Origin: Octopus vulgaris
Taxonomy: Eukaryota
Direction of reading: 5' to 3'
Length of the DNA stretch: 64,000 bases
NCBI GenBank assembly: GCA_951406725.2
Contig: OX597836.1
Location: forward strand, 13,020,001 to 13,084,000
Below, piece after piece: positions 15,043 through 31,253 of this stretch. Numbering within the stretch: the stretch's first letter is position 1; each line of letters opens with the position of its first letter. Made by a program: the position numbers and the translations under genes. The notes below the pieces were generated by a model. That model made no database searches. It had not been told where the DNA came from and saw only the letters and a program-made list of their open reading frames with translations.

Positions 15043-15525
15043 GTAGTGGCTGTGAGGTAAGTAGCTTGCTAACCAACCACATGGTTCCGGGTTCAGTCCC
15101 ACTGCGTGGCATCTTGGGAAAGTGTCTTCTGCTATAGCCCCGGGCCGACCAATGCCTTGTGAGTGGATTTGGTAGACGGAAACTGAAAGAAGTCTGTCGT
15201 ATATATGTATGTATATATGTATGTGTGCGTGTGTGTTTGTATGTCTGTGTTTGTCCCCCTAGCATTGCTTGACAACCGATGTTGGTGTGTTTACGTCCCC
15301 GTCACTTAGCGGTCCGGCAAAAGAGACAGATAGAATAAGTACTGGGCTTACAAAGAATAAGTCCCGGGGTCGATTTGCTCGACTAAAGGCGGTGCTCCAG
15401 CATGGCCGCAGTCAAATGACTGAAACAAGTAAAAGAGTAAAAGAGTAAGAGTATAAAACAATACTGGGAGGAAGAGAAATGGAACGAAGCGACGAATCGA
15501 ATCGAACCTGACGCGATCGCGCTGT

Positions 15526-15607
<82 letters not shown>

Positions 15608-15801
15608 CGTGTGATCATAAAGTTTTCAAGGAAAGCCCACGCGTATTAACTGAGTATTGAAGCCAACTTATTACGTCAGCCTGTATTTACAAAGTGCAAG
15701 CGGGAAGAGAAAAAGCGAACACGCCTGCTATACTTTTGCTATATATATATTGGCCTGAACGTTAGTCGCCCAGTCTAATAATTGATTCAACTATTTCCCA
15801 G

Positions 15802-15857
15802 AGGCTTGGCCTCCAAATCTGATTGCAACTTTCAGAAACAGGGACAACTGAAGAAGG
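15802..15857 (+). other. Candidate 56-bp exon (copies 19986-20041, 30972-31027; homologous starts at 6519, 38239, ~50773, ~63301)
   Basis: TTTCCCAG|AGGCTTGGCCTCCAAATCT...GAAGAAGG|GTAATA. Similarity to the diverged array-B copy is concentrated at the acceptor and exon start. Confidence 0.35.
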
Positions 15858-16001
15858 GTAATATTCTTTACTTTGCATTACTCGTTTATCTTTTAGTTTT
15901 TTTTCGTTGTTTGAAAAAAAGTTTGTTTCTATGTTTTTGTTTTTATGTTTACGTTTCTCATTGTGTTCAACGTTTTTTTTATGTCCTGTACCCATATATG
16001 C

Positions 16002-16086
<85 letters not shown>

Positions 16087-17113
16087 CCGTAAATCCACGT
16101 GTATAGTCCGCCCTTGAGTATAATGCGTGGGGGATTTTTTTAGGGCTGTACCTCTCAAAAACCTAAACCTCGTGTATAATACGCACCCCTTCGCTAACTT
16201 GAGTGAAGGAGGTCTATATAACGTGCTTGGTTTGTAAAACTGTATACGGTGAAAACCGTTATTATTATTGTATATATAACATAATGCAAACGTGTATACG
16301 CTGGGATTTTTAGGGGGCTGTACCTCTGAAAAACCTAAACCTTGTGTATAATACGCACCCCTTCGCTAACTTGAGTGAAGGAGGTCTATATAACGTGCTT
16401 GGTTTGTAAAAATGTATACGGTGAAAACCGTTATTATTATTGTATATATAACATAATGCAAACGTGTATACGCTGGGATTTTTAGGGGGCTGTACCTCTG
16501 AAAAACCTAAACCTTGTGTATAATACACACCCTTTCTCTAACTTGAGTGAAGGAGGTCTATATAACGTCCTTCGTTTGTAAAACTGTATACGGTGAAAAC
16601 CGTTATTATTATTGTATATATAACATAATGCAAACGTGTATACGCTGGGATTTTTAGGGGCTGTAACTATGAAAAACCTAAACCTTGTGTATAATACTCA
16701 CCCTTTCTCTAACTTGAGTGAAGGAGGTCTATATAACGTGCTTGGTTTGTAAAACTGTATACAGTAACGTCCTTTATTATTATTGTATATATAACATAAT
16801 GCAAACGTGTGGCTTTTTTGTGTATTTTGTTTGCAGGAAATAAAGAAATAACAGTAATAACGTTTAATAAATGTTGCTTATCGCAAGTTATGGATGATTC
16901 TTTTATGACTTCATTGCTTTCAGGCTTAGCTTAAGGTATTTTCATGCCCGACATCACAAAATGCGTCTGAATAAACATTGCCGGACAGCAAATAGAGACT
17001 CAGACATTGCTTAGAAAATATTTTTCATTTTTAACCTCGCGTATAGTACGCACTAGGGATTTTGACCTTGAAATTTTGGGGTGAAAATGCGGATTATACT
17101 CGAGGATTTACGG
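16087..17113. mobile_element. Tc1/mariner-type MITE with four ~172-bp internal repeats
   Basis: TIRs CCGTAAATCC...GGATTTACGG with TA flanks. CTGTACCTC-type unit starts at ~16147, 16318, 16490 and 16661. Confidence 0.85.
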
Positions 17114-17327
17114 TATGCATATATTTATATATTACTTATATAATATATAAATATGTATGTATGCGTGTGTGTATGTGTGTGTGTGTATGTATGTGTGTGT
17201 ATGTGTGTGTGTGTGTATGTATGTGTGTGTCTGTGTCTCTGTGTGTGTGTGTGTGTGTATGTGTGTGCGTTTGTGTGTGTCTGTATGTGTGCGTGTTTGT
17301 CTGTGTGTGTGCGTTTGTGTGTGTGTC

Positions 17328-17367
<40 letters not shown>

Positions 17368-18276
17368 TGTATGTATGTATGTATGTATGTATGTACAAAT
17401 AGTAGTGAGTCCATCATGACATCAAGAGTGTCAATGCGTAGGATCATCAAAGTGTTTCTTATAAGTATATGACTCATGTGGAGTTAAGGATTTCAATTGA
17501 TTACGTCTAAATGAATTTCACCCAGAAAATCTTGTCTATGTGTGTGTGTGTGTATATGTCTGTGTGTGTGTGTGTGTGTGTGTGTCTCTGTGTTTGTGTC
17601 TGTGTGTTTGTGTGTATGTGTGTGTGTATGTATCTGTGTGTGTGTGTGTGCGTCTGTGTGTGTCTGTGCGTGTGTGTGTGTATGTCTCTGTATGTGTGTT
17701 TGTGTGTGTGTGTTTGTCTGTGTGTGTTTGTGTGTATGTGTGTTGTGTGTGTGTGTGTGTGTTTGTCTGTGTGTATGTGCCTGTGTGTGTGTGTCTATGT
17801 GTGTGTCTGTGTGTGTGTTTGTCTGTGTGTGTGTGTGTGTGCGTGTGTGTATGTGTCTGTGTGTGTGTGTTTGTGTGTCTGTGTGTGTGTGTGTATGTGT
17901 GTGTGTTTGTGTGTGTGTATGTGTGTGTGTGTGTGTGTCTGTGTGTCTGTCTGTGTGTGTGTGTGTGTATGTGTGTGTCTGTGTGTGTGTGTGTGTGTCT
18001 GTCTCCTACAGAATGCTCCGTGGTAGGAGGCAAGAGATTTAGAAAACAAAAGAGGGAATGAAAGCGGGGAGTAGAAGGAGGAAACTAATTTCTTCACCTC
18101 AGATTTTAATCCTATTCTCCTCAGATTTTCAAGAAACCAGTTGCACGAATCCCGCAATTAAACTTCAGCGTAAACCAAGTCGTGTTGTGGTTTTGAATCC
18201 TAAAATTGGTGAGTCTTCTTTTCTACTTTTTCTTTCTTTATAGAAAACACATAAGACCGTTTTTTTACCCCCCCCC

Positions 18277-18309
<33 letters not shown>

Positions 18310-18687
18310 CATCTATATAAATGTATATGTATTGAAATCTTTTCTGATTTTTTATATGCTAGGCTACTGGTTTTAAATTGATATTAATTAAATTAATATT
18401 CAATTTATCTCCCTCATTATTTAAATGTATATGTATATGTGAGTGGATTTGGTAGACGGAAACCGAAAGAAGCCCGTCGTATATATGTAAAGATATATAT
18501 GCGTGTGTGTGTTTGTGTGTCTGTGATTGTCTCCCTAACTAACTCTAACCCGAAAACAGATTGAAATGCAATAGATCGATACTAGGGTCATAATTATGGG
18601 TGACAATTTCATATGACACCGCTAGATAAAACTGCCGTTCAAACCGAAAAGATCCAGGAAAGCTAATGGCTTGTGCGTGCGTGCTTG

Positions 18688-18723
<36 letters not shown>

Positions 18724-18826
18724 GTTTTGTTTATTTATTGTTTTGTTTATTTATTGTTTTGTTTTGTTTTGTTTATTTATTTATATGTTGTTGAATGTAG
18801 AAATAACACTCGGAGGAGCAAAGGAG

Positions 18827-18858
<32 letters not shown>

Positions 18859-19675
18859 TACACGCACACACATGCACACACACACATGCACACACACATA
18901 CACACACACATACACACACACATGCACACACACGTGCACACACACACATGCACACACACACACATACACACACACATATGCACACACACATACACACAAA
19001 CACATACATACACACACACGTACACATACGCACACACATACACACACACATACACACACACACATACATACACACACACGTACACATACACACACATACA
19101 CACTCACACACATACACACACACACATACACACACACGTACACACACACACATGCACACACACATACACATACACATACACACACATATACATACACACG
19201 TACACATACACACACACATACACGCACTTTTGTTTTCTAAATCTCTTGCCTCCTACCACGGAGCATTCTGTAGGAGACAGACACACAGACACACACACAC
19301 ATTGCCTTGTGAGTGGATTTGGTAGACGGAAACTGAAAGAAGCCTGTCGTATATATGTATGTATATATGTATGTGTGTGTGTGTGTTTGTGTGTCTGTGT
19401 TTGTCCCCCTAGCATTGCTTGACAACCGATGCTGGTGTGTTTACGTCCCCGTCACTTAGCGGTTCGGCAAAAGTGACCGATAGAATAAGTACTGGGCTTA
19501 CAAAGAATAAGTCCCGGGGTCGATTTGCTCGCCTAAAGGCGGTGCTCCAGCATGGCCGCAGTCAAATGACTGAAACAAGTAAAAGAGTAAAAGAGTAAGA
19601 GTATAAAACAATACTGGGAGGAAGAGAAATGGAACGAAGCGACGAATCGAATCGAACCTGACGCGATCGCGCTGT

Positions 19676-19790
<115 letters not shown>

Positions 19791-20186
19791 AAACGTGTGA
19801 TCATAAAGTTTTCAAGGAAAGCCCACGCGTATTAACTGAGTATTGAAGCCAACTTATACGTCAGCCTGTATTTACAAAGTGCAAGCGGGAAGAGAAAAGC
19901 GAACACGCCTGCTATACTTTTGCTATATATATATTGGCCTGAACGTTAGTCGCCCAGTCTAATAATTGATTCAACTATTTCCCAGAGGCTTGGCCTCCAA
20001 ATCTGATTGCAACTTTCAGAAACAGGGACAACTGAAGAAGGGTAATATTCTTTACGTTGCATTTCTCGTTTATCTTTTAGTTTTTTTTCGTTGTTTGAAA
20101 AAAAAGTTTGTTTCTATGTTTTTGTTTTTATGTTTACGTTTCTCATTGTGTTCAACGTTTTTTTTATGTCCTGTACCCATATATGC

Positions 20187-20275
<89 letters not shown>

Positions 20276-21302
20276 CCGTAAATCCACGTGTATAGTCCGC
20301 CCTTGAGTATAATGCGTGGGGGATTTTTAGGGGGCTGTACCTCTCAAAACCTAAACCTCGTGTATAATACGCACCCCTTCGCTAACTTGAGTGAAGGAGG
20401 TCTATATAACGTGCTTGGTTTGTAAAACTGTATACGGTGAAAACCGTTATTATTATTGTATATATAACATAATGCAAACGTGTATACGCTGGGATTTTTA
20501 GGGGGCTGTACCTCTGAAAAACCTAAACCTTGTGTATAATACGCACCCCTTCGCTAACTTGAGTGAAGGAGGTCTATATAACGTGCTTGGTTTGTAAAAA
20601 TGTATACGGTGAAAACCGTTATTATTATTGTATATATAACATAATGCAAACGTGTATACGCTGGGATTTTTAGGGGGCTGTACCTCTGAAAAACCTAAAC
20701 CTTGTGTATAATACACACCCTTTCTCTAACTTGAGTGAAGGAGGTCTATATAACGTCCTTCGTTTGTAAAACTGTATACGGTGAAAACCGTTATTATTAT
20801 TGTATATATAACATAATGCAAACGTGTATACGCTGGGATTTTTAGGGGGCTGTACCTCTGAAAAACCTAAACCTTGTGTATAATACACACCCTTTCTCTA
20901 ACTTGAGTGAAGGAGGTCTATATAACGTCCTTCGTTTGTAAAACTGTATACGGTGAAAACGGTTATTATTATTGTGTATATAACATAATGCAAACGTGTG
21001 GCTTTTTTGTGCATTTTGTTTGCAGAAAATAAAGAAATAACAGTAATAACATTTAATAAATGTTGCTTACTGCAAGTTATGGATGATTCTTTTATGACTT
21101 CATTGCTTTCAGGCTTAGCTTAAGGTATTTTCATGCCCGACATCACAAAATGCGTCTGAATAAACATTGCCGGACAGCAAATAGAGACTCGGACATTGCT
21201 TAGAAAATAATTTTCATTTTTAACCTCGTATATAGTACGCACTAGGGATTATGGCCTTTAAATTTTGGGGTGAAAATGCGGATTATACTCGAGGATTTAT
21301 GG
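20276..21302. mobile_element. Tc1/mariner-type MITE with four ~172-bp internal repeats
   Basis: Same TIRs and internal array as 16087-17113. Confidence 0.83.
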
Positions 21303-22042
21303 TATGCATATATTTATATATTACTTATATAATATATATATATGTATGTATGTATGTGTGTGTGTATGTGTGTGTGTATGTATGTGTGTGTATGTATGTG
21401 TGTGTATGTGTCTCTGTTTGTGTGTGTGTGTATGTGTGCGTGTTTGTCTGTGTGTGTGCGTGTGTGTGTGTGCGTTTGTGTGTGTCTGTATGTGTGTGTG
21501 TGTGTGTGTGTGTATGTGTGTGTATGTATGTATGTACGTATGTATGTACAAATACAGTAGTCAGTCCATCATGACATCAAGAGTGTCAATGCGTAGGCTG
21601 AAATAAGGATTTTCAACGAGTGTTCTGATATGTATACTTATGACTGATATGGATACAATTGATTACGTCTAAGTGAATTTCATCCGGTAAATAACACGAG
21701 TTTCACCAAGAAAATCTTGTCTCTGTGTGTGCGTGTGTGTGTGTATGTCTGTGTGTGTGTGTGTGTGTTTGTCTCTGTGTTTGTGTGTGTGTGTGTGTGT
21801 GTTTGTCTCTGTGTTTGTGTCTGTGTGTGTTGTGTGTATGTGTGTGTGTGTATGTATCTGTGTGTGTGTATGTGTGTGCGTCTGTGTGTGTCTGTGCGTG
21901 TGTGTGTGTATGTCTTTGTGTGTGTGTTTGTGTGTGTGTGTTTGTCTGTGTGTGTTTGTGTGTATGTGTGTTTGTGTCTGTGTGTGTGTTTGTCTGTGTT
22001 TATCTGCCTGTGTGTGTGTGTCTATGTGTGTGCCTGTGTGTG

Positions 22043-22164
<122 letters not shown>

Positions 22165-22503
22165 TGTGTGTCTGTCTGTGTGTGTGTGTATGTGTGTGTC
22201 TCTGTGTGTGTGTGTGTGTGTGTGTCTGTCTCCTACAGAATGCTCCGTGGTAGGAGGCAAGAGATTTAGAAAACAAAAGAGGGAATGAAAGCGGGGAGTA
22301 GAAGGAGGAAACTAATTTCTTCACCTCAAGATTTTAATCCTATTCTCCTCAGATTTTCAAGAAACCAGTTGCACGAATCCCGCAATTAAACTTCAGCGTA
22401 AACCAAGTCGTGTTGTGGTTTTGAATCCTAAAATTGGTGAGTCTTCTTTTCTACTTTTTCTTTCTTTATAGAAAACACATAAGACCGTTTTTTTACCCCC
22501 CCC

Positions 22504-22534
<31 letters not shown>

Positions 22535-22929
22535 CATCTATATAAATGTATATGTATTGAAATCTTTTCTGATTTTTTATATGCTAGGCTACTGGTTTTA
22601 AATTGATATTAATTAAATTAATATTCAATTTATCTCCCTCATTATTTAAATGTATATGTATATGTGAGTGGATTTGGTAGACGGAAACCGAAAGAAGCCC
22701 GTCGTATATATGTAAAGATATATATGCGTGTGTGTGTTTGTGTGTCTGTGATTGTCTCCCTAACCCTAACCCTTCCCTAACTAACTCTAACCCGAAAACA
22801 GATTGAAATGCAATAGATCGATACTAGGGTCATAATTATGGGTGACAATTTCATATGACACCGCTAGATAAAACTGCCGTTCAAACCGAAAAGATCCAGG
22901 AAAGCTAATGGCTTGTGCGTGCGTGCTTG

Positions 22930-22967
<38 letters not shown>

Positions 22968-24800
22968 GTTTTGTTTATTTATTGTTTTGTTTATTTATTG
23001 TTTTGTTTTGTTTTGTTTATTTATTTATATGTTTTTGAATGTAGAAATAACACTCGGAGGAGCAAAGGAGCACGCGCGCACACACACACACACACACATA
23101 CACGCACACACATGCACACACACACATGCACACACACACATACACACACACATACACACACACATGCACACACACGTGCACACACACACATGCACACACA
23201 CACACATACACACACACATATGCACACACACATACACACAAACACATACATACACACACACGTACACATACGCACACACATACACACACACATACACACA
23301 CACATACATACACACACACGTACACATACACAAACATACACACTCACACACATACACACACACACATACACACACACGTACACACACACACATGCACACA
23401 CACACATACACATACACATACACACACACATACATACACACGTACACATACACACACACATACACGCACTTTTGTTTTCTAAATCTCTTGCCTCCTACCA
23501 CGGAGCATTCTGTAGGAGACAGACACACAGACACACACACACATTGCCTTGTGAGTGGATTTGGTAGACGGAAACTGAAAGAAGCCTGTCGTATATATGT
23601 ATGTATATATGTATGTGTGTGTGTGTGTTTGTGTGTCTGTGTTTGTCCCCCCTAGCATTGCTTGACAACCGATGCTGGTGTGTTTACGTCCCCGTCACTT
23701 AGCGGTTCGGCAAAAGTGACCAATAGAATAAGTACTGGGCTTACAAAGAATAAGTCCCGGGGTCGATTTGCTCGACTAAAGGCGGTGCTCCAGCATGGCC
23801 GCAGTCAAATGACTGAAACAAGTAAAAGAGTAAAAGAGTAAGAGTATAAAACAATACTGGGAGGAAGAGAAATGAAACGAAGCGACGAATCGTGTATGTG
23901 TCTCTGTGTGTGTGTGTGTATGTGTGTGCGTTTGTGTGTGTCTGTATGTGTGCGTGTTTGTCTGTGTGTGTGTGTGTGTGCGTTTGTGTGTGTGTGTATG
24001 TATGTATGTATGTATGTACAAATACAATAGTCCTTCCATCATATCAAGAGTGTCAAGGCGTAGTCTAAAATATCATGTTCTGATATGTATTTCTTATGAT
24101 TCCTACAAGTGTTACAATTGATTACGTCTAAGTGAATTTCATCCCACGCCGGGTAATAACACGAGTTTCACTAAGAAAAAAAAATATTGTCTATGTGTGT
24201 GCGCGCGTGTGTGTGTATGTGTGTGTATGTCTGTGTGTGTGTGTGTGTGTGTTGTCTCTGTGTCTGTGTGTGTGTCTGTGTGTTTGTGTCTGTGTTTGTG
24301 TGTATGTTTGTTTTTGTCTGTGTGTGTGTGTTTGTATGCGTTTGTCTGTGTGTATGTGTCTGTGTGTGTGTGTGTGTGTCTATGTGTGTGTATGTGTGTG
24401 TGTCTGTGTGTGTGTGTATGTGTGTGTATGTGTCTGTGTGTATATGTGTGTCTGTGTGTGTGTCTCTGTATGTGTCTCTGTATGTGTGTGTGTGTGTATG
24501 TGTGTGTCTGTGTCTGTGTGTCTGTCTCCTACAGAATGCTCCGTGGTAGGAGGCAAGAGATTTAGAAAACAAAAGAGGGAATGAAAGCGGGGAGTAGAAG
24601 GAGGAAACTAATTTCTTCACCTCAGATTTTAATCCTATTCTCCTCAGATTTTCAAGAAACCAGTTGCACGAATCCCGCAATTAAACTTCAGCGTAAACCA
24701 AGTCGTGTTGTGGTTTTGAATCCTAAAATTGGTGAGTCTTCTTTTCTACTTTTTCTTTCTTTATAGAAAACACATAAGACCGTTTTTTTACCCCCCCCCC

Positions 24801-24839
<39 letters not shown>

Positions 24840-25654
24840 TCTATATAAATGTATATGTATTGAAATCTTTTCTGATTTTTTATATGCTAGGCTACTGGTT
24901 TTAAATTGATATTAATTAAATTAATATTCAATTTATCTCCCTCATTATTTAAATGTATATGTATATGTGAGTGGATTTGGTAGACGGAAACCGAAAGAAG
25001 CCCGTCGTATATATGTAAAGATATATATGCGTGTGTGTGTTTGTGTGTCTGTGATTGTCTCCATAACCCTAACCCTTCCCCTAACTAACTCTAACCCGAA
25101 AACAGATTGAAATGCAATAGATCGATACTAGGGTCATAATTATGGGTGACAATTTCATATGACACCGCTAGATAAAACTGCCGTTCAAACCGAAAAGATC
25201 CAGGAAAGCTAATGGCTTGTGCGTGCGTGCTTGTTTCTGTGTGTGTGTGTGTGTGTGCGTGTGTGTGTGTTGTTTTGTTTATTTATTGTTTTGTTTATTT
25301 ATTGTTTTGTTTATTTATTGTTTTGTTTTGTTTTGTTTATTTATTTATGTTTTTGAATGTAGAAATAACACTCGGAGGAGCAAAGGAGCACGCGCGCACA
25401 AACACACACACACACACATACACACACATACACGCACACACATGCACACACACACATGCACACACACATACACACACACATACACACACACATACACACA
25501 CACGTACACACACACACATGCACACACACACACATACACACACACATATGCACACACACATACACACACACACATGCACACACACACATACACACACACA
25601 TATGCACACACACATACACACACACATACATACACACACACGTACACATACGCA

Positions 25655-25701
<47 letters not shown>

Positions 25702-25798
25702 ACACATACACACACATACACACTCACACACATACACACACGTACACACACACACATGCACACACACATACACATACACACACATATACATACACACG

Positions 25799-25855
<57 letters not shown>

Positions 25856-26493
25856 GCACACACACACACACACAGAGGAACAAGCACGCACGCACAATTC
25901 ATCAGCTTCCTCTTCCCAGCTGACAATCGACAACATAGGACGGTCAGGGAAATCCCCGATTTGTAGTTTACAACGTCACAACTGAAATTTAACCAAAGAT
26001 TAATATATACTCTTTACTCTTTTACTTGTTTCAGTCATTTGACTGTGGCCATGCTAGAGCACCGCCTTTAGTCGAGCAAATCGACCCCGGACTTATTCTT
26101 TGTAAGCCCAGTACTTACTCTATCGGTCTCTTTTGCTGAACCGCTAGGTTACACGGACGTAAGCACACCAGCATCGGTTATCAAGCGATGCTGGGGGGAC
26201 AAACACAGACACACAAACATATACACACACTTCGTACATATATACGACGGGCTTCTTTCAGTTTCCGTCTACCAAATCCACTCACAAGGCTTTGGTCGGC
26301 CCGAGGCTATAGTAGAAGACACTTGGCCAAGGTGCCACGCAGTGGGACTGAACCCAGAACCATGTGGTAAGCTACTTACTACAGAGCCGCTATATCTATC
26401 TATCTATCTATACACACACAGACACACACACACAAACTTTTGCCATTACTGTATAAGTATACATGGAATGTCCACGAGTATTAACAGGCACTA

Positions 26494-27037
<544 letters not shown>

Positions 27038-27587
27038 GTAGTGGCTGTGAGGTAAGTAGCTTGCTAACCAACCACATGGTTCCGAGTTCAGTCCACTGCG
27101 TGGCATCTTGGGCAAGTGTCTTCTGCTATAGCCCCGGGCCGACCAATGCCTTGTGAGTGGATTTGGTAGACGGAAACTGAAAGAAGCCTGTCGTATATAT
27201 GTATGTATATATGTATGTGTGTGTGTGTGTGTTTGTGTATCTGTGTTTGTCCCCCTAGCATTGCTTGACAACCGATGCTGGTGTGTTTACGTCCCCGTCA
27301 CTTAGCGGTTCGGCAAAAGTGACCAATAGAATAAGTACTGGGCTTACAAAGAATAAGTCCCGGGGTCGATTTGCTCGACTAAAGGCGGTGCTCTAGCATG
27401 GCCGCAGTCAAATGACTGAAACAAGTAAAAGAGTAAAAGAGTAAGAGTATAAAACAATACTGGAAGGAAGAGAAATGAAACGAAGTGACGAATCGTGTAT
27501 GTGTCTCTGTGTGTGTGTGTGTATGTGTGTGCGTTTGTGTGTGTCTGTATGTGTGCGTGTTTGTCTGTGTGTGTGTGTGTGTGCGTT

Positions 27588-27618
<31 letters not shown>

Positions 27619-28413
27619 ATGTACAAATACAATAGTCCTTCCATCATATCAAGAGTGTCAATGCGTAGTCTAAAATATCATGTTCTGATATGTATACTTA
27701 TCATTCCTGATGTTAACAAGTGTTAGAATTAAATTACGTCTAAGTGAATTTCATCTCACGCCGGGTAATGACACGAGATTCACTAAGAAAAAAAAATATT
27801 GTCTATGTGTGTGCGCGCGTGTGTGCGCGCATGTGTGTGTATGTCTGTGTGTGTGTGTGTGTGTGTGTTTTGTCTCTGTGTCTGTGTGTGTGTCTGTGTG
27901 TTTGTGTCTGTGTTTGTGTGTATGTTTGTTTTTGTCTGTGTGTGTGTGTTTGTATGCGTTTGTCTGTGTGTATGTGTCTGTGTGTGTGTGTGTGTGTGTC
28001 TATGTGTGTGTATGTGTGTGTGTCTGTGTGTGTGTGTATGTGTGTGTATGTGTCTGTGTGTATATGTGTGTCTGTGTGTGTATCTCTGTATGTGTCTCTG
28101 TATGTGTGTGTGTATGTGTGTGTCTGTGTCTGTGTGTCTGTCTCCTACAGAATGCTCCGTGGTAGGAGGCAAGAGATTTAGAAAACAAAAGAGGGAATGA
28201 AAGCGGGGAGTAGAAGGAGGAAACTAATTTCTTCACCTCAAGTTTTTAATCCTATTCTCCTCAGATTTTCAAGAAACCAGTCGCACGATCCCGCAATTAA
28301 ACTTCAGCGTAAACCAAGTCGTGTGGTTTTGAATCCTAAGATTGGTGAGTCTTCTTTTCTACTTTTTCTTTCTTTATAGAAAACACATAAGACCGTTTTT
28401 TTACCCCCCCCCC

Positions 28414-28446
<33 letters not shown>

Positions 28447-29205
28447 CGTCTATATAAATGTATATGTATTGAAATCTTTTCTGATTTTTTATATGCTAGG
28501 CTACTGGTTTTAAATTGATATTAATTAAATTAATATTCAATTTATCTCCCTCATTATTTAAATGTATATGTATATGTGAGTGTATTTGGTAGACGGAAAC
28601 CGAAAGAAGCCCGTCGTATATATGTAAAGATATATATGCGTGTGTGTGTTTGTGTGTCTGTGATTGTCTCCCTAACCCTAACCCTTCCCCTAACTAACTC
28701 TAACCCTAAAACAGATTGAAATGCAATAGATCGATACTAGGGTCATAATTATGGGTGACAATTTCATATGACACCGCTAGATAAAACTGCCGTTCAAACC
28801 GAAAAGATCCAGGAAAGCTAATGGCTTGTGCGTGCGTGCTTGTTTCTCTGTGTGTGTGTGTGTGTGTGTGTGTGTTGTTTTGTTTATTTATTGTTTTGTT
28901 TATTTATTGTTTTGTTTTGTTTTGTTTATTTATTTATATGTTGTTGAATGTAGAAATAACACTCGGAGGAGCACGCGCGCGCACACACACACACACACAC
29001 ATACACGCACACACATGCACACACACATATGCACACACACATACACACACACATACACACACACGTACACACACACACATGCACACACACATACACACAC
29101 ACATACACACACACATACACACACATGCACACACACGTACACACACACACATACACACACACATATGCACACATACATACACACACACATACATACACAC
29201 ACACG

Positions 29206-29251
<46 letters not shown>

Positions 29252-29361
29252 TACACACACACGTACACATACACACACATACACACTCACACACATACAC
29301 ACACGTACACACACACACATGCACACACACATACACATGCACACACATATACATACACACG

Positions 29362-29416
<55 letters not shown>

Positions 29417-30033
29417 GAACAAGCACGCACGCACAATTCATTAGCTTCCTCTTCCCAGCTGACAATCGACAATATAGGACGGTCAGGGAAATCCCCGATT
29501 TGTAGTTTACAACGTCACAACTGAAATTTAACCAAAGATTAATATATACTCTTTACTCTTTTACTTGTTTCAGTCATTTGACTGTGGCCATGCTGGAGCA
29601 CCGCCTTTAGTCGAGCAAATCGACCCCGGGACTTATTCTTTGTAAGCCCAGTACTTATTCTATCGGTCTCTTTTGCTGAACCGCTAGGTTACACGGACGT
29701 AAGCACACCAGCATCGGTTATCAAGCGATGCTAGGGGGACAAACACAGACACACAAACATATACACACACTTCGTACATATATACGACGGGCTTCTTTCC
29801 GTTTCCGTCTACCAAATCCACTCACAAGGCTTTGGTCGGCCCGAGGCTATAGTAGAAGACACTTGGCCAAGGTGCCACGCAGTGGGACTGAACCCAGAAC
29901 CATGTGGTAAGCTACTTACTACAGAGCCGCTATATCTATCTATCTATCTATACACACACAGACACACACACACAAACTTTTGCCATTACTGTATAAGTAT
30001 ACATGGAATGTCCACGAGTATTAACAGGCACTA

Positions 30034-30252
<219 letters not shown>

Positions 30253-30281
30253 TATACTTATATATGTATATATGTATATTT

Positions 30282-30315
<34 letters not shown>

Positions 30316-31128
30316 GTAGTGGTTGTGAGGTAAGTAGCTTGCTAACCAACCACATGGTTCCGGGTTCAGTCCACTGCGTGGCATCTTGGGCAAGTGTCTT
30401 CTGCTATAGCCCCGGGCCGACCAATGCCTTGTGAGTGGATTTGGTAGACGGAAACTGAAAGAAGCCTGTCGTATATATGTATGTATATATGTATGTGTGT
30501 GTGTGTGTTTGTATGTCTGTGTTTGTCCCCCTAGCATTGCTTGACAACCGATGTTGGTGTGTTTACGTCCCCGTCACTTAGCGGTTCGGCAAAAATGACC
30601 GATAGAATAAGTACTGGGCTTACAAAGAATAAGTCCCGGGGTCGATTTGCTCGACTAAAGGCGGTGCTCCAGCATGGCCGCAGTCAAATGACTGAAACAA
30701 GTAAAAGAGTAAAAGAGTAAGAGTATAAAACAATACTGGGGGGAAGAGAAATGGAACGAAGCGACGAATCGAATCGAACCTGACGCGATCGTGCTGTCAT
30801 ATATATATACACACACACACACAAACGTGTGATCATAAAGTTTACAAGGAAAGCCCACTCCTATTAACTGAGTATTGAGGCCAAATTATACGTCAGCCTA
30901 TTTTTTTGCTATATATATATTGGCCTGAACGTTAGTCGCCCAGTCTAATAATTGATTCAACTATTTCCCAGAGGCTTGGTCTCCAAATCTGATTGCAACT
31001 TTCAGAAACAGGGACAACTGAAGAAGGGTAATATTCTTTACGTTGCATTTCTCGTTAATCTTTTAGTTTTTTTTCGTTGTTTGAAAAAAAGTTTGTTTCT
31101 ATGTTTTTGTTTTTATGTTTACGTTTCT

Positions 31129-31253
<125 letters not shown>

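Noticed and set aside
16140-16810. Regular repeats (172, 114 and 53 bp) considered as CRISPR-like arrays
   Set aside because: They are head-to-tail monomers with no unique spacers, there are no cas genes, and the context is eukaryotic.
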